A stretch of DNA of 64,000 nt from a virus. The number at the start of each line of letters is the position of its first letter. Within the stretch, counting starts at the first letter, position 1. Shown in pieces: positions 17,826 through 27,402 of the stretch. The stretch is taken from the IMG/VR virus record IMGVR_UViG_3300017989_000003, positions 91,387 through 155,386 of that record. One strand, given 5' to 3'. The notes beneath the pieces are model-generated. The model was not told where the DNA came from and ran no database searches. It was given only the letters and a program-made list of their open reading frames with translations. Position numbers and translations under genes: made by a program.

Positions 17826-18269
17826 CTACGGCTCGTCTAGCGAGTCAGCAACAGTATTATGTTCCATTAGATTGCACACGGCTTCTTCGTGTGCTCGGAT
17901 TTCGTCCGCATTAAGGGATTCTATCAACTCTGGCGTTACAATCACACTCCAGCTGCTATTGCGCAGCTCCCTGTCTAACAAGCTAAACTCTTCTAGCTCG
18001 ATTACTTTGTACCCTTCAAGTACTAGTACTTCGATGAGTCCCGTGATAACGTCGTCTGTACCTATATAGTACTCTTTGCCGATACGCTCTAGTAAGTGTT
18101 TAACAGCTTTCGGAACTAATCTTTGACAGTACTTTTTCCAATTTTCTCTTTGCTTACCGTACACAATTACAGGACTATACGATTCGTTGTCATACGTAGA
18201 CACGTAATAATACGCATTGTCTCCAATTGCACCTATCTTACCTGGATTAAACTGACAATTTTTACACAT
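17826..18269 (-). CDS. hypothetical protein, paralog of 15213..15794
   Basis: Shared motifs; start moved behind AAGGA. Confidence 0.75.
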   Translation of the reverse strand: MCKNCQFNPGKIGAIGDNAYYYVSTYDNESYSPVIVYGKQRENWKKYCQRLVPKAVKHLLERIGKEYYIGTDDVITGLIEVLVLEGYKVIELEEFSLLDRELRNSSWSVIVTPELIESLNADEIRAHEEAVCNLMEHNTVADSLDEP

Positions 18270-18271
18270 AA

Positions 18272-18580
18272 TCACATTCCTTTCAGTACGTAAGAAAATG
18301 CCAATAATAGCATAGAGATAGCAAAGGATATAATGATAATCCATACAATTGTGGACTTGCTACATGTTTGCTTTTCTTCAAGTAACTTCTTAATTTTAGG
18401 ATTAGTGAATAATTCATCGTAACTTTCATTTCGATGTTCAGGGATACTTTGGATTGTTACGTCCCTAATCATATTGAATAGTAATGATAGTACTCTTTTA
18501 TCAATGTTATCTTTGTTACTTTTATTCTTCATTTTGCCACTCCACATCAAGTAGGTTATCCACTGGTATATCAAATGCAC
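18272..18580 (-). CDS. membrane-anchored hypothetical protein
   Basis: C-terminal hydrophobic helix; start uncertain. Confidence 0.6.
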   Translation of the reverse strand: MHLIYQWITYLMWSGKMKNKSNKDNIDKRVLSLLFNMIRDVTIQSIPEHRNESYDELFTNPKIKKLLEEKQTCSKSTIVWIIIISFAISMLLLAFSYVLKGM

Positions 18581-19055
18581 TAGCTATCGATTTTAATTCA
18601 CCAAACGTTAAAAACGCAGAGTCGCGAGTAACATGCCAGTATTTACCTGAATTTATCCCACATTTTTCACAGAACTTCTTTGGCAGCAATCCTGAGGAAG
18701 CGCGAAGTTCCTTAACATTAAAAGTTACCCCACTATGTCTAACTTCTTCGTCATCACTGTAATATTCTTTTAGAACATCTTCAGTTTCGGCATCTTCAGT
18801 TTCGGCAGTGTTTTCAAGTACTGTAATATCACCATCTGCGTTACGAACATACTCTGAAGCGTCATTCGGTAGCTTTACAGAATATACCAATGTTGCTATA
18901 AAACTTTCATTTACTTTGGATACATTGTGTGATATGTATTTAGAACACGGTATTCCTGCGTTTTCTAACCATACCTCCATGTTTTTATCAAGGTCACTAA
19001 GTGTTTCCCCCCAAAATAGTTTTACACGTAGTGCGTCCATTAATTTTCCTCTCAT
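18522..19055 (-). CDS. protein with C-terminal XRE-type HTH
   Basis: VKELRASSGL..KKFCEKCGI...LKSIASAFDIPVDNLL. Confidence 0.7.
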   Translation of the reverse strand: MRGKLMDALRVKLFWGETLSDLDKNMEVWLENAGIPCSKYISHNVSKVNESFIATLVYSVKLPNDASEYVRNADGDITVLENTAETEDAETEDVLKEYYSDDEEVRHSGVTFNVKELRASSGLLPKKFCEKCGINSGKYWHVTRDSAFLTFGELKSIASAFDIPVDNLLDVEWQNEE

Positions 19056-19066
19056 TGTTGGATGAA

Positions 19067-19100
19067 AAGGTGACCCCTTGGCTCAAGGGTCACCTCTTTT
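19067..19100 (-). terminator. intrinsic terminator
   Basis: AGGTGACCC/GGGTCACCT stem. Confidence 0.7.
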
Positions 19101-19107
19101 GTAGTAG

Positions 19108-19359
19108 TTACTCCTTGACGGTATTTCTAATTTCTAATACCGTCTTTCGGATTCCATCCGCTTTTTTCTTTACGTCCATCATAGCGCTTCGTACCCGTGT
19201 TCCTGCTGCTTTGTTTCCATTGTCGGTTTTTGTTACATCATCCTCGAGAGCAACAAGTTGTTCCATCATTTCATTGTAGAGTACGGAAATTGACAGTTGC
19301 GCTTTTTTTACTGTCTTCTTTTTCTTCGAGCTTTTAGCCATAGACATTACTCCTTTCAT
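19108..19359 (-). CDS. histone H1-like Hc1 family protein
   Basis: GNKAAGTRVRSAM motif. Confidence 0.75.
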   Translation of the reverse strand: MKGVMSMAKSSKKKKTVKKAQLSISVLYNEMMEQLVALEDDVTKTDNGNKAAGTRVRSAMMDVKKKADGIRKTVLEIRNTVKE

Positions 19360-19400
19360 AAAGTAGTTATTGGCTAAACCTGACTCTCAGGTTTATAAAA

Positions 19401-19685
19401 TCAAAAAATACCACCAAACATATTGTTATTTTTGTCAGTATCGACACTTTTGGATTTTTTATTTGTAGTTCTATTATTTTCAGAATCTATTAGTTTACTA
19501 AGTATCAAATATGTTACGAATAATACTACAGTAAAGGGGGATATAACTATTAGCAGTATAATGGTACATATAGTGCTAATTTCCCACTCTCTCGGATGCC
19601 CAGGTGGATTATGTAGTAAAACCATTGTTATCCCACCAACGACAAGACCATACGAAAATGTCAAGAAGATTATTGTAAGTATCAT
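19401..19685 (-). CDS. membrane protein
   Basis: Two hydrophobic segments. Confidence 0.65.
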   Translation of the reverse strand: MILTIIFLTFSYGLVVGGITMVLLHNPPGHPREWEISTICTIILLIVISPFTVVLFVTYLILSKLIDSENNRTTNKKSKSVDTDKNNNMFGGIF

Positions 19686-19703
19686 ATTATCCCCCAGAGT
19701 GTA

Positions 19704-19853
19704 AACATGGGGGTGTTTTACCCGTTGATAAAGAGCACAATAAGAAAAAGTTCCTTATAATCAGGAGTTGGGCTATTTTAGTATTGAATGCTCATCTTTC
19801 AGTTCCCTAAAACGGGTATCTATAAGGGTAAAACACCTATGTTAAGCTACTGC
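19704..19853. ncRNA. candidate structured RNA (long irregular hairpin)
   Basis: 12-bp closing stem GGTGTTTTACCC/GGGTAAAACACC with nested helices; no ORF. Confidence 0.4.
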
Positions 19854-19863
19854 TTAGCCATGT

Positions 19864-20469
19864 TTACAATTTTATATTTTCAAATAACAAAGCTGTATTT
19901 CTAAAAATACACGTAATATCTTCTGAGATATTGAACCGGGTTTTATTATGCTCTATGGACTTCATAATATCCCCATCTGCATGTCTTCTGGTGGCGGCTA
20001 CCCAGTCACAGAACATCTCAACAATATCTACTATAGTCATACTTCGGAGCGTAAATCGTTTCACAATAATTCCATCGCATACTTTACTATTATCAAAATT
20101 TTTACCAATGTGTGTAAGCACCAATCTTTGGCATTTTTCTCCATCTGTAAATAGTTCAACCTCTCGTCCGCATTTATCACACACTCCTACACAATTTTCG
20201 TAGTATTCTGGATGATGTCTATTGTGTGAATAATGGTGGCTTAGGGCTTCCTGCATATTACCCAGACATTCTTTGTATTCGTCACTTCCATAAGTAAGGG
20301 TTTTTAGTTTCGGAGTATACTCTGCGAAGACAGATAATTCGGGTTCTTCTAGTTTACTAGAATCATGGTATTCCCCACGTAATTCTAGCATTTTTATTAC
20401 CTGTGATAGAAGCTGCTTAACCGCTTCTATGTGTTTTTTAGTCTCTTGGATTGTCTCATTCTTGTCCAT
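19864..20469 (-). CDS. DUF5662-like HD-type protein with Cys-containing insert
   Basis: HDSSK, HHYSHNRHHPEY, EMFCDW motifs. Confidence 0.75.
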   Translation of the reverse strand: MDKNETIQETKKHIEAVKQLLSQVIKMLELRGEYHDSSKLEEPELSVFAEYTPKLKTLTYGSDEYKECLGNMQEALSHHYSHNRHHPEYYENCVGVCDKCGREVELFTDGEKCQRLVLTHIGKNFDNSKVCDGIIVKRFTLRSMTIVDIVEMFCDWVAATRRHADGDIMKSIEHNKTRFNISEDITCIFRNTALLFENIKL

Positions 20470-20530
20470 TTTATTCCTTAGTTAAGGTTTACTTACCCAT
20501 GTAAACTTTTGTCTTTGCTTCACAAATCCA

Positions 20531-20938
20531 TTAAAGCCATCTGCGACAGCATCTGGAACCTCCTTCTGTCTTTGATTTAATGTTACCGCAGTATGAAAGC
20601 TCTTTCCAGTCGCTTTTCGATATATGGAAAAGTGGGGTAGTTTGCTCTGGTGAGTCTTCGAATGTAAAACACCAGCAACTTAAGATACTATCCCATACTA
20701 TGTAAGCTCCAGATTCGTTAATTATATCTCCATCAAATATTTCGTCTCCATTATCATAAAACTTATTGATGCCTATAGCTACAGGGACGTTAAAGTTGTA
20801 GTCGTCAGAAAGAACGTTATTTTCGACAAACAACGTACGTGTTGTATCGTTACGACTTAACAAGTCTTTTAGTGTTACGAGGTGCCATCGGTTCTCAATA
20901 AATACTTTGAACCTAAAGTTAAAGATTCTGGGAGTCAT
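20531..20938 (-). CDS. YopX-like protein
   Basis: FRF...NGDEIFDGDII...GNI. Confidence 0.6.
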   Translation of the reverse strand: MTPRIFNFRFKVFIENRWHLVTLKDLLSRNDTTRTLFVENNVLSDDYNFNVPVAIGINKFYDNGDEIFDGDIINESGAYIVWDSILSCWCFTFEDSPEQTTPLFHISKSDWKELSYCGNIKSKTEGGSRCCRRWL

Positions 20939-21846
20939 TACTTGCTACTCCTTTTTATAGATTTGTAGTCTACATACTCTGGGCTTACAGGTAGTTCAAA
21001 ATATTGTTTCAGGTTATTCCAATCCATGTCCCTGATAGTATATATTTTACTTGCGTTAAAGCTGGCGTATGAATTTCCTATTTTTGATACTCCTCTTTGC
21101 TCAGCACGAAGTTTATTTAGTGTGATGTCAATGTATTTCTCACTAATGTCGATTCCTATATAGTTGCGGTTAAGTCGTTTTGCGGCTATAACTGACGTGC
21201 CCGTTCCAACAAATGGGTCTAACACTATGTCATTTTCGTCTGATGTTAGTAGGATAATCCTTTCTAGCAAATGCAACGGAAGTTGACAAGGGTGTTTATC
21301 GCGGTATTTATTATGTTTTATTCTATGAATGTCAGTCCATACATCTGAAATAAGGGGTCCAAAAGGATGTATTGTATCCTTTTTTCCGCCATAGTCTTTT
21401 AGGAGATAATGACACTTACGACATCTCTTGTGCGGGTGTCTTAGTTCGTATAATTTCTGGTTATGAGGCTCTTTAGCGTATAGCAGAATGCCATAGTGGG
21501 CAGGTTGTAGGGTTTTACCCATTGGTCTTGTTGGTGCATCCCAAGAAATCCAGTTTCTGAATGTTGCGTGCTTATTAAGATACCGAGTGTAAAAAGTAAG
21601 CCACTTTGGGATATTATGTACAATTATAGACCCTGTTGGCTTAGTAACTCGAACCATTTCCATAATCCATTTTTTACACCAACGCATATATCTGTCGAAG
21701 TCTTTACAATCTTTGTACGTATCGTACTTCTTTTGTAAATTAAATGGCGGGTCTGCGAATGAGACGTCAATACAGTTATCTGGCAATTCTTTAAGCGCCA
21801 TTAAACAATCCCCGGTTATAAGTGTATTAATAATACTATTATCCAT
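20938..21846 (-). CDS. N4/N6 DNA methyltransferase (beta class)
   Basis: DPPF catalytic motif precedes HP..P and LDPFVGTGT SAM-binding motif. Confidence 0.92.
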   Translation of the reverse strand: MDNSIINTLITGDCLMALKELPDNCIDVSFADPPFNLQKKYDTYKDCKDFDRYMRWCKKWIMEMVRVTKPTGSIIVHNIPKWLTFYTRYLNKHATFRNWISWDAPTRPMGKTLQPAHYGILLYAKEPHNQKLYELRHPHKRCRKCHYLLKDYGGKKDTIHPFGPLISDVWTDIHRIKHNKYRDKHPCQLPLHLLERIILLTSDENDIVLDPFVGTGTSVIAAKRLNRNYIGIDISEKYIDITLNKLRAEQRGVSKIGNSYASFNASKIYTIRDMDWNNLKQYFELPVSPEYVDYKSIKRSSK

Positions 21847-22042
21847 AACTGTAAGTATAGCTGTTGTCTTCGTACATTATTACTCTTGATGAACATACTG
21901 TAACGTCGTCACTCGTTGAGTAAAACGTTACGTATGAACTAACCATTGGAATTGCAAACTTACGTTTGTTGTTCTCGAATGGTAGTTCCAGCTGCTTTAC
22001 GTTGAAGTTTTTTATACTATCATGGTTTGTTTTATTTCCCAT
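21839..22042 (-). CDS. small protein with QLELPF motif
   Basis: ORF abutting both neighbours. Confidence 0.6.
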   Translation of the reverse strand: MGNKTNHDSIKNFNVKQLELPFENNKRKFAIPMVSSYVTFYSTSDDVTVCSSRVIMYEDNSYTYSYG

Positions 22043-22636
22043 TTATACACCTAAGTATTTCGCTAAAGATTCACTTATGATACGACCTATGTCACTCATA
22101 AGTCGTTTGTATTCGTCGTCATTTCTGTCTTTGGATATTATACAGCATAATGACGCAATATTACGGTTTAGTAAAATTTCTCTTATAGTATACGACGCAA
22201 ACTCACTCCCTAAATGGGCTTCAATGAAAGTAATTCTATTATCGCAGTCAACTGTTTTGGGTATAGTATCGTGAAAACAGAATAATAGTTTGGATTCTCC
22301 TATTTTGTGCATGATGCTGTGTACATAAATCATGGTGTTAACGTATATTACACTCAGTAACATTTTAAGTGCTATTGTATCGTGTTTATACTGTGTAATT
22401 TCCTTGAATCTCAACAAATAAGTCTCTCTTATGTTAATATCCTCTGAGTTAATGATGTTATTACAAATCCATTTAGCTATTGAAAGCTCAAGGTGTTCTG
22501 TAATATCATTAATAATTTCTTCTAAATCAGAGAGTATACCGTCAATTGGCATGGTTGTTTTGAACAAAATGGGTATAGAGGCGTACACTCCATCTTTTGC
22601 GTTATTATTCTTCTTGTTATCTGGTATATCAGACAT
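22043..22636 (-). CDS. hypothetical protein, paralog of 22652..23365
   Basis: Shared L.L.IA...C..II, T.LLR..E.T, T.R.IL...IA.LC. Confidence 0.75.
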   Translation of the reverse strand: MSDIPDNKKNNNAKDGVYASIPILFKTTMPIDGILSDLEEIINDITEHLELSIAKWICNNIINSEDINIRETYLLRFKEITQYKHDTIALKMLLSVIYVNTMIYVHSIMHKIGESKLLFCFHDTIPKTVDCDNRITFIEAHLGSEFASYTIREILLNRNIASLCCIISKDRNDDEYKRLMSDIGRIISESLAKYLGV

Positions 22637-22651
22637 ATTGTATTATCCTGA

Positions 22652-23365
22652 TTAGACAAAAAATTCTAAAATAAGTCTCTTTATGGTAGACAAAATCCCT
22701 GAAACTTTTCTATTTTTTTGTTCTTGCACGAATAGTTCACATAACTCGGCAATGCTGTGTTCAATTAGAATATTCCGTAGCGTGTTTAGGGCTACAACAC
22801 CTCCGACAGTAACTGTAAGTGCATTCATATACATATCTTCATCATTTTTTAGTGCATCAGGAATACTACTAATGCTGCCATATTTTTTTATGAAGTTGTC
22901 TTTACCTTCTATTCGAGTGATGTTCTTGCACATAAGTACACTATTTAGTAGTAACGTTTCAATAATGGCTCCCATAATAACTTGGTTGTATTGCTGTCTA
23001 GTACATTCTACGTAACGTAGAAGTAATGTATCTATATCAACAGAGTTTTTATCTTGTATGATTTTGTCACAAGCAAATCTAGCAATGTGTAGAGCCAATG
23101 TAGTAAATATCGACACTGCTATTTCAGTACAATCGTTGTGTAATTCTGTAAGGTCATCGTGTTGGAATAAAGACGGTATCCCTATGATATTTTCTACATC
23201 GTCCTCATTACTCCTATTATAGTCACTAGTAACATCGTTCATAGATTGTGTGTGCTCTACGTGTTCGACTTTACCCTCGAACCCCTCGAACATACTAAAA
23301 TCGATATTTTTTCGAGGTTCGTCATTATCACCAAATTTTTGTTTATCAGTTTCGTTGTTAGGCAT
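22652..23365 (-). CDS. hypothetical protein, paralog of 22043..22636
   Basis: Shared motifs; AAGGA RBS. Confidence 0.8.
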   Translation of the reverse strand: MPNNETDKQKFGDNDEPRKNIDFSMFEGFEGKVEHVEHTQSMNDVTSDYNRSNEDDVENIIGIPSLFQHDDLTELHNDCTEIAVSIFTTLALHIARFACDKIIQDKNSVDIDTLLLRYVECTRQQYNQVIMGAIIETLLLNSVLMCKNITRIEGKDNFIKKYGSISSIPDALKNDEDMYMNALTVTVGGVVALNTLRNILIEHSIAELCELFVQEQKNRKVSGILSTIKRLILEFFV

Positions 23366-23399
23366 ATTTTATTCCTTTGTGGGTTGTTTGTGTATATAG

Positions 23400-23428
23400 T
23401 AGTTTAATCAATTTTTTTAGTTTGTCAA
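23400..23428 (-). promoter_or_regulatory. sigma70-type promoter TTGACA-N17-TAAACT
   Basis: Consensus match; upstream flank identical to the promoter at 28485..28512. Confidence 0.7.
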
Positions 23429-23605
23429 GTACTTTTTACCAAAAAAGTACAAAATATTTAATTTTTACCTTTTATCAATTGTGTTAATATATACATAGGA
23501 CTTACCTCCTTTCTAGGGTTGTTGTGGTCTGAGGTACGACGTGTGGGTGGTGTTTTCGGTTAGACGCCACCCTACAATTAACTTCAAAGGAAACTTAGGG
23601 GATAA

Positions 23606-25261
23606 ATGGCGCAATTACTTCTTATCTACAAAGCTTTAACCATTACATATTGCGATAAGTGTGGAATGGAATTACCGTCAGAATATACCCAAATTGAGCC
23701 AGACACTAAAAGAGTCCATAAATTTCTTACTTTGAGTGTAAGGTGTAGTATATGTGGTTCGTTTACAGATGTAAAATGTAAAAATGTTTATAATGAAGTA
23801 TACGCACCACCTGTTCCACCCACTACTGAAAATCTTAGTATTTGGGATTTTAACGAAATAATCGGAACTAATGTTCCTGACTCTAGTGTTAACCCCGATA
23901 AATTTGGAAATGGCACTATTAATAATGGCGCATTTACGTTGTGGAATCCAGTTTATAATGGTGATACTGCTTTGTTTACGTTTGGTGTCTTGCCTGGTCA
24001 ACAGTATCTCCCCTACATTGATTTTCCTCAACTTTCGACAGGGCTAAATTGGATTGGGTTTACAATGTGCGGGTGGCTATATAACTATAGTGTTCCTGCC
24101 GACGATATGTACTGTATGTGGAATATGGCATTTGCAGGAAAAACTGAGATTCTTGTAGCTTCAGGAACCAACGTAGCAGGGGATTTGACACTTCGCATAC
24201 ACATTGGCTCAAAAACGTTAGAAGTTATAATTCCAGCAGCTGAACTAGCTTTTGATTTTAGCCTTGTATTCTGGCAAATAACGGTGGATGCCTTAGGTAA
24301 CGCGACGTTAAAAGCTAGAACAAAAGACACTAATCCTACTCATACTGACACTGACGTCGGTGTGCCATTGCCAGATAATGTAAAATACTACCTTAGAGCA
24401 TGGGAACAACGACCCGAGTCATCGTTTGCGTATCTCCCAGGTGGTGGTATTTTAGGCAGGCATAAAATATATAACGGGGCACTTGACGCAGTTGATTTGG
24501 ACGCCATATATGCTAGCGAGTATGATTACTACTATTCTGTAGTACCTCCTATACCAGACCAACAAGGATTATGGGAGATTAATGAGGGTATAGACGTAAT
24601 TATTAATAATACAAGTATTACTCCACCTCCTAAATTTAATGATGGTATTATTGTTCCAGCTGGCATATTTAATTGGACACAAGTTAACCCCCCAATACTG
24701 CCTCGAAACGTACTTGATATATCAGGTGGTTCGTTTATAGATTTTAGCGGTACTACCCCTAATTTTGATTTTTCGTTAGGATTTACGATAACTGGATGGA
24801 TAGCTACTAAGAAACTAGCATGGATGCCTGACCAAGTTATATTAAGCATTACTAACCCTATGACAGCATTAGAAATATACACATCGATGGTATGGGTAAA
24901 TCCACCAGGTGAATGGCGGTGTTCAATAGCTGTTTTTGACGGAGTACTTGATATTAACTTACCTGAGCATAATCTTACTGATGATTTTGTTTTTTATGCT
25001 TATACTCAGGGAGCTTTGGGTTTATCGTCGTTTTACGTATTCACTAGTACTGTAGTAAGTTATGGCGGGTTTGCCATGTTAACACCGTTAGTTCCATTAA
25101 CTGACTACGATATGTACTTAGGCGCTCCTACTCCGAATTCAATGCTACCGTTCCCACTTGATGGCAGAGCTGGAAAACACACATTTTATGTTGGCGGAGA
25201 GTTGTCTTACCCACAAATCGAACAGATAGTTTTGGATGAAGCAAGTAACTACTGGGTGTGA
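23606..25261 (+). CDS. Zn-ribbon + two LamG/ConA-like domain structural protein
   Basis: N-terminal 2x CxxC; two repeats W..NE..G...D....NG...FT..GW. Confidence 0.7.
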   Translation: MAQLLLIYKALTITYCDKCGMELPSEYTQIEPDTKRVHKFLTLSVRCSICGSFTDVKCKNVYNEVYAPPVPPTTENLSIWDFNEIIGTNVPDSSVNPDKFGNGTINNGAFTLWNPVYNGDTALFTFGVLPGQQYLPYIDFPQLSTGLNWIGFTMCGWLYNYSVPADDMYCMWNMAFAGKTEILVASGTNVAGDLTLRIHIGSKTLEVIIPAAELAFDFSLVFWQITVDALGNATLKARTKDTNPTHTDTDVGVPLPDNVKYYLRAWEQRPESSFAYLPGGGILGRHKIYNGALDAVDLDAIYASEYDYYYSVVPPIPDQQGLWEINEGIDVIINNTSITPPPKFNDGIIVPAGIFNWTQVNPPILPRNVLDISGGSFIDFSGTTPNFDFSLGFTITGWIATKKLAWMPDQVILSITNPMTALEIYTSMVWVNPPGEWRCSIAVFDGVLDINLPEHNLTDDFVFYAYTQGALGLSSFYVFTSTVVSYGGFAMLTPLVPLTDYDMYLGAPTPNSMLPFPLDGRAGKHTFYVGGELSYPQIEQIVLDEASNYWV

Positions 25262-26503
25262 ACTACCCTCGCCTAAAGGCGAGAGCTTCTCGGAATAGTT
25301 AGTGAGAGTTTCCGAAGGGCTGTACCAGCCCTGAGTATATTTAGAGCAGCATTTTCGTCTCTGTCTAGAACTAAACCACAGAAAGGACAATCGTGGACAC
25401 GGACAGACAAATCTTTTTTGACAATCTCACCACATTGAGCACACATTTGAGAAGTGTTCTTGGGATTTACTTTGATTATCTCTCGACCAGCTTCTGCCGC
25501 TTTGTTTTTGAGAATGTCAAAGAATTGAAACCAAGACACATCTCTCATAGATTTGTTCAGAGACCGAAAACTATTCCAGTTTTTCATATCTTCGTGAATT
25601 ATTATTCCGTAATTATCAACATAGTGCTTTGCAACTCTATATTGAAAGTCTTTACGTTGATTAGCAACTTTTTCGTGTGCTTTAGCAAGTCTTTGTTTAG
25701 TCTTTTTTCTGCGGTTAGAACCTTTGACTTGTTTAGACAACCTTTGTTGTATTTTAGCAATTTTATCTTGCGACCGTTTCATATATCGAGGATTCTCAAC
25801 TTTAAGCCCGTTAGAGTCAGTCAAAAAGGATTCGCAACCAACATCAAGTCCGATTGCTTCGTTGTTTTTAGGCAGGATATTTGGAGTAATATTATCACAA
25901 CTGAAAGACACAAACCACTTTTTAGTAAGAGTTCTGCGGATAGTAACCATTTTGATTTTAGCTTCATTAGGAATGTCTCGATGAAATTTGACCTTGAAAC
26001 GACCAAATTTCTTAATGATAAGATAACTTCCTTCAATCTTCCAGCCAGCTTGAGTCAGAGTAATGGAATCGTAACGACCGTAACCACGAAATCTCGGAAA
26101 GCCATTGCTTTTGCCAGCTTTCAGGCGTCTAAAGAAATTTTTGAATGCTCTGTCAACTCTTTGGCAAACATCCTGCAAAGATTGAGAAGGCACTTGATTG
26201 TATTCTGGAAATTCTTTTTTGAGTTCTGGAAGCTGGTTTTGTTGGTCATAAAAAGAAAGCGAAACTTTGCGTTGCCTATAAGCATAAATTCTTTGTTCGA
26301 GAGCAAGATTATATACTTGCCTGCAAAGCTCCAAAGCAATAAGAGTTTTGTTAGCTGTGTCTTTTTTAGGATATATGCGATATTGGTATGTTCTTTTCAT
26401 TATTTGTTCTCACTAACTTATTATATTATACACAAAATTTTAGGGGAGGGTTCACTTTTTTATTTTTTACCCCCAGCTAAAGCAGGGGGATTTCTTTTTC
26501 AGG
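25258..26503 (-). mobile_element. IS605/IS1341-type tnpB-only element
   Basis: Right end identical (32 nt) to the first element; left-end hairpin CCCCCTGCTTTAGCTGGGGG preceded by AAAT; TTAA flank. Confidence 0.85.
25273..26400 (-). CDS. tnpB: RNA-guided endonuclease TnpB
   Basis: RuvC GLDVG / HEDM / DRDENAA; Zn-finger. Confidence 0.95.
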   Translation of the reverse strand: MKRTYQYRIYPKKDTANKTLIALELCRQVYNLALEQRIYAYRQRKVSLSFYDQQNQLPELKKEFPEYNQVPSQSLQDVCQRVDRAFKNFFRRLKAGKSNGFPRFRGYGRYDSITLTQAGWKIEGSYLIIKKFGRFKVKFHRDIPNEAKIKMVTIRRTLTKKWFVSFSCDNITPNILPKNNEAIGLDVGCESFLTDSNGLKVENPRYMKRSQDKIAKIQQRLSKQVKGSNRRKKTKQRLAKAHEKVANQRKDFQYRVAKHYVDNYGIIIHEDMKNWNSFRSLNKSMRDVSWFQFFDILKNKAAEAGREIIKVNPKNTSQMCAQCGEIVKKDLSVRVHDCPFCGLVLDRDENAALNILRAGTALRKLSLTIPRSSRL

Positions 26504-26519
26504 TTAACGAAAGGGATAT

Positions 26520-26750
26520 GTGATGTTAGAGATAATGACTTTATACCGTACTGTTTCAAAAAAACCGCAATGTAAAAATGGACACACGCTTAAAACTAAG
26601 TATTATATTAAATTTGTCTACGGAAACCCACCAGAACAAAATAAAATTATTAGCGTAGAGTGCCAAGAATGCCATGAAGTAGTGGAACTTCAATGTTATA
26701 GGACTAATGTTAATACACAGGTAAGACGTAAGAGATGGTTTCCAGCTTAA
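26520..26750 (+). CDS. small Zn-ribbon protein related to N-terminus of 23606 and to 43349..43612
   Basis: CxxxH...V.CxxC.....L.CY. Confidence 0.65.
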   Translation: MMLEIMTLYRTVSKKPQCKNGHTLKTKYYIKFVYGNPPEQNKIISVECQECHEVVELQCYRTNVNTQVRRKRWFPA

Positions 26751-27397
26751 CGTTTTTTACGTTTTTGTGGACTCATCGCCCTTATTACGGCATCTGTGCT
26801 TTTACCAAGATTTTTAGCTACGCTAATAGCTACATCTAATTTTCTAGCAATTGTACCAGCAGCTTTAGCTCTTTTGCCGCCTTTTGCAGATAGCGCTGCA
26901 TTCTTTTTATAGGCACTATCTAAGTCGATAAGGTTTTTAGCTTTTACGCCTATTTTATTAGCATACTTTAGTAGCACTTTACCTCGAGGATGTGTTACAG
27001 CTTTATTTTTCTCTATTTTCACAAAATGTTTCATTAAGTCTACTTTTTCAGGGTCATTTAGAAATTTTCCTAGTTTCTTTCTTTTGCGGGGTTTACCTGA
27101 CTTTGCGGCTAAAAATGCGTCGGCAGCTTTGCTGACTTCGTCTGACACATACTTGTCGATATAGGCATCCACTTCTGAACCAAATCCTGTCTTTCCAACA
27201 CTCTTCATTAGTTCTTCATCTTGCGCAAGCTTGGTCATATCCTTAAAGATACTCACTATCTCTTTACCCATATTCTTAAACTCTTTTATTGCAGTACGCG
27301 TTGGCGTTTTCGCGGCGTCTTTTACGATGTCGTCAAACTTATTCCATACCACGTCTCTAGTTGCATAGGATACGGACTCGCCGATTTTATTTGTCAT
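26747..27397 (-). CDS. Lys/Ala-rich basic protein
   Basis: ORF with RBS. Confidence 0.8.
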   Translation of the reverse strand: MTNKIGESVSYATRDVVWNKFDDIVKDAAKTPTRTAIKEFKNMGKEIVSIFKDMTKLAQDEELMKSVGKTGFGSEVDAYIDKYVSDEVSKAADAFLAAKSGKPRKRKKLGKFLNDPEKVDLMKHFVKIEKNKAVTHPRGKVLLKYANKIGVKAKNLIDLDSAYKKNAALSAKGGKRAKAAGTIARKLDVAISVAKNLGKSTDAVIRAMSPQKRKKR

Positions 27398-27402
27398 GTT
27401 AG

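Noticed and set aside
25393-26523. 376-aa + strand ORF
   Set aside because: Antisense shadow of tnpB with no recognisable motifs.
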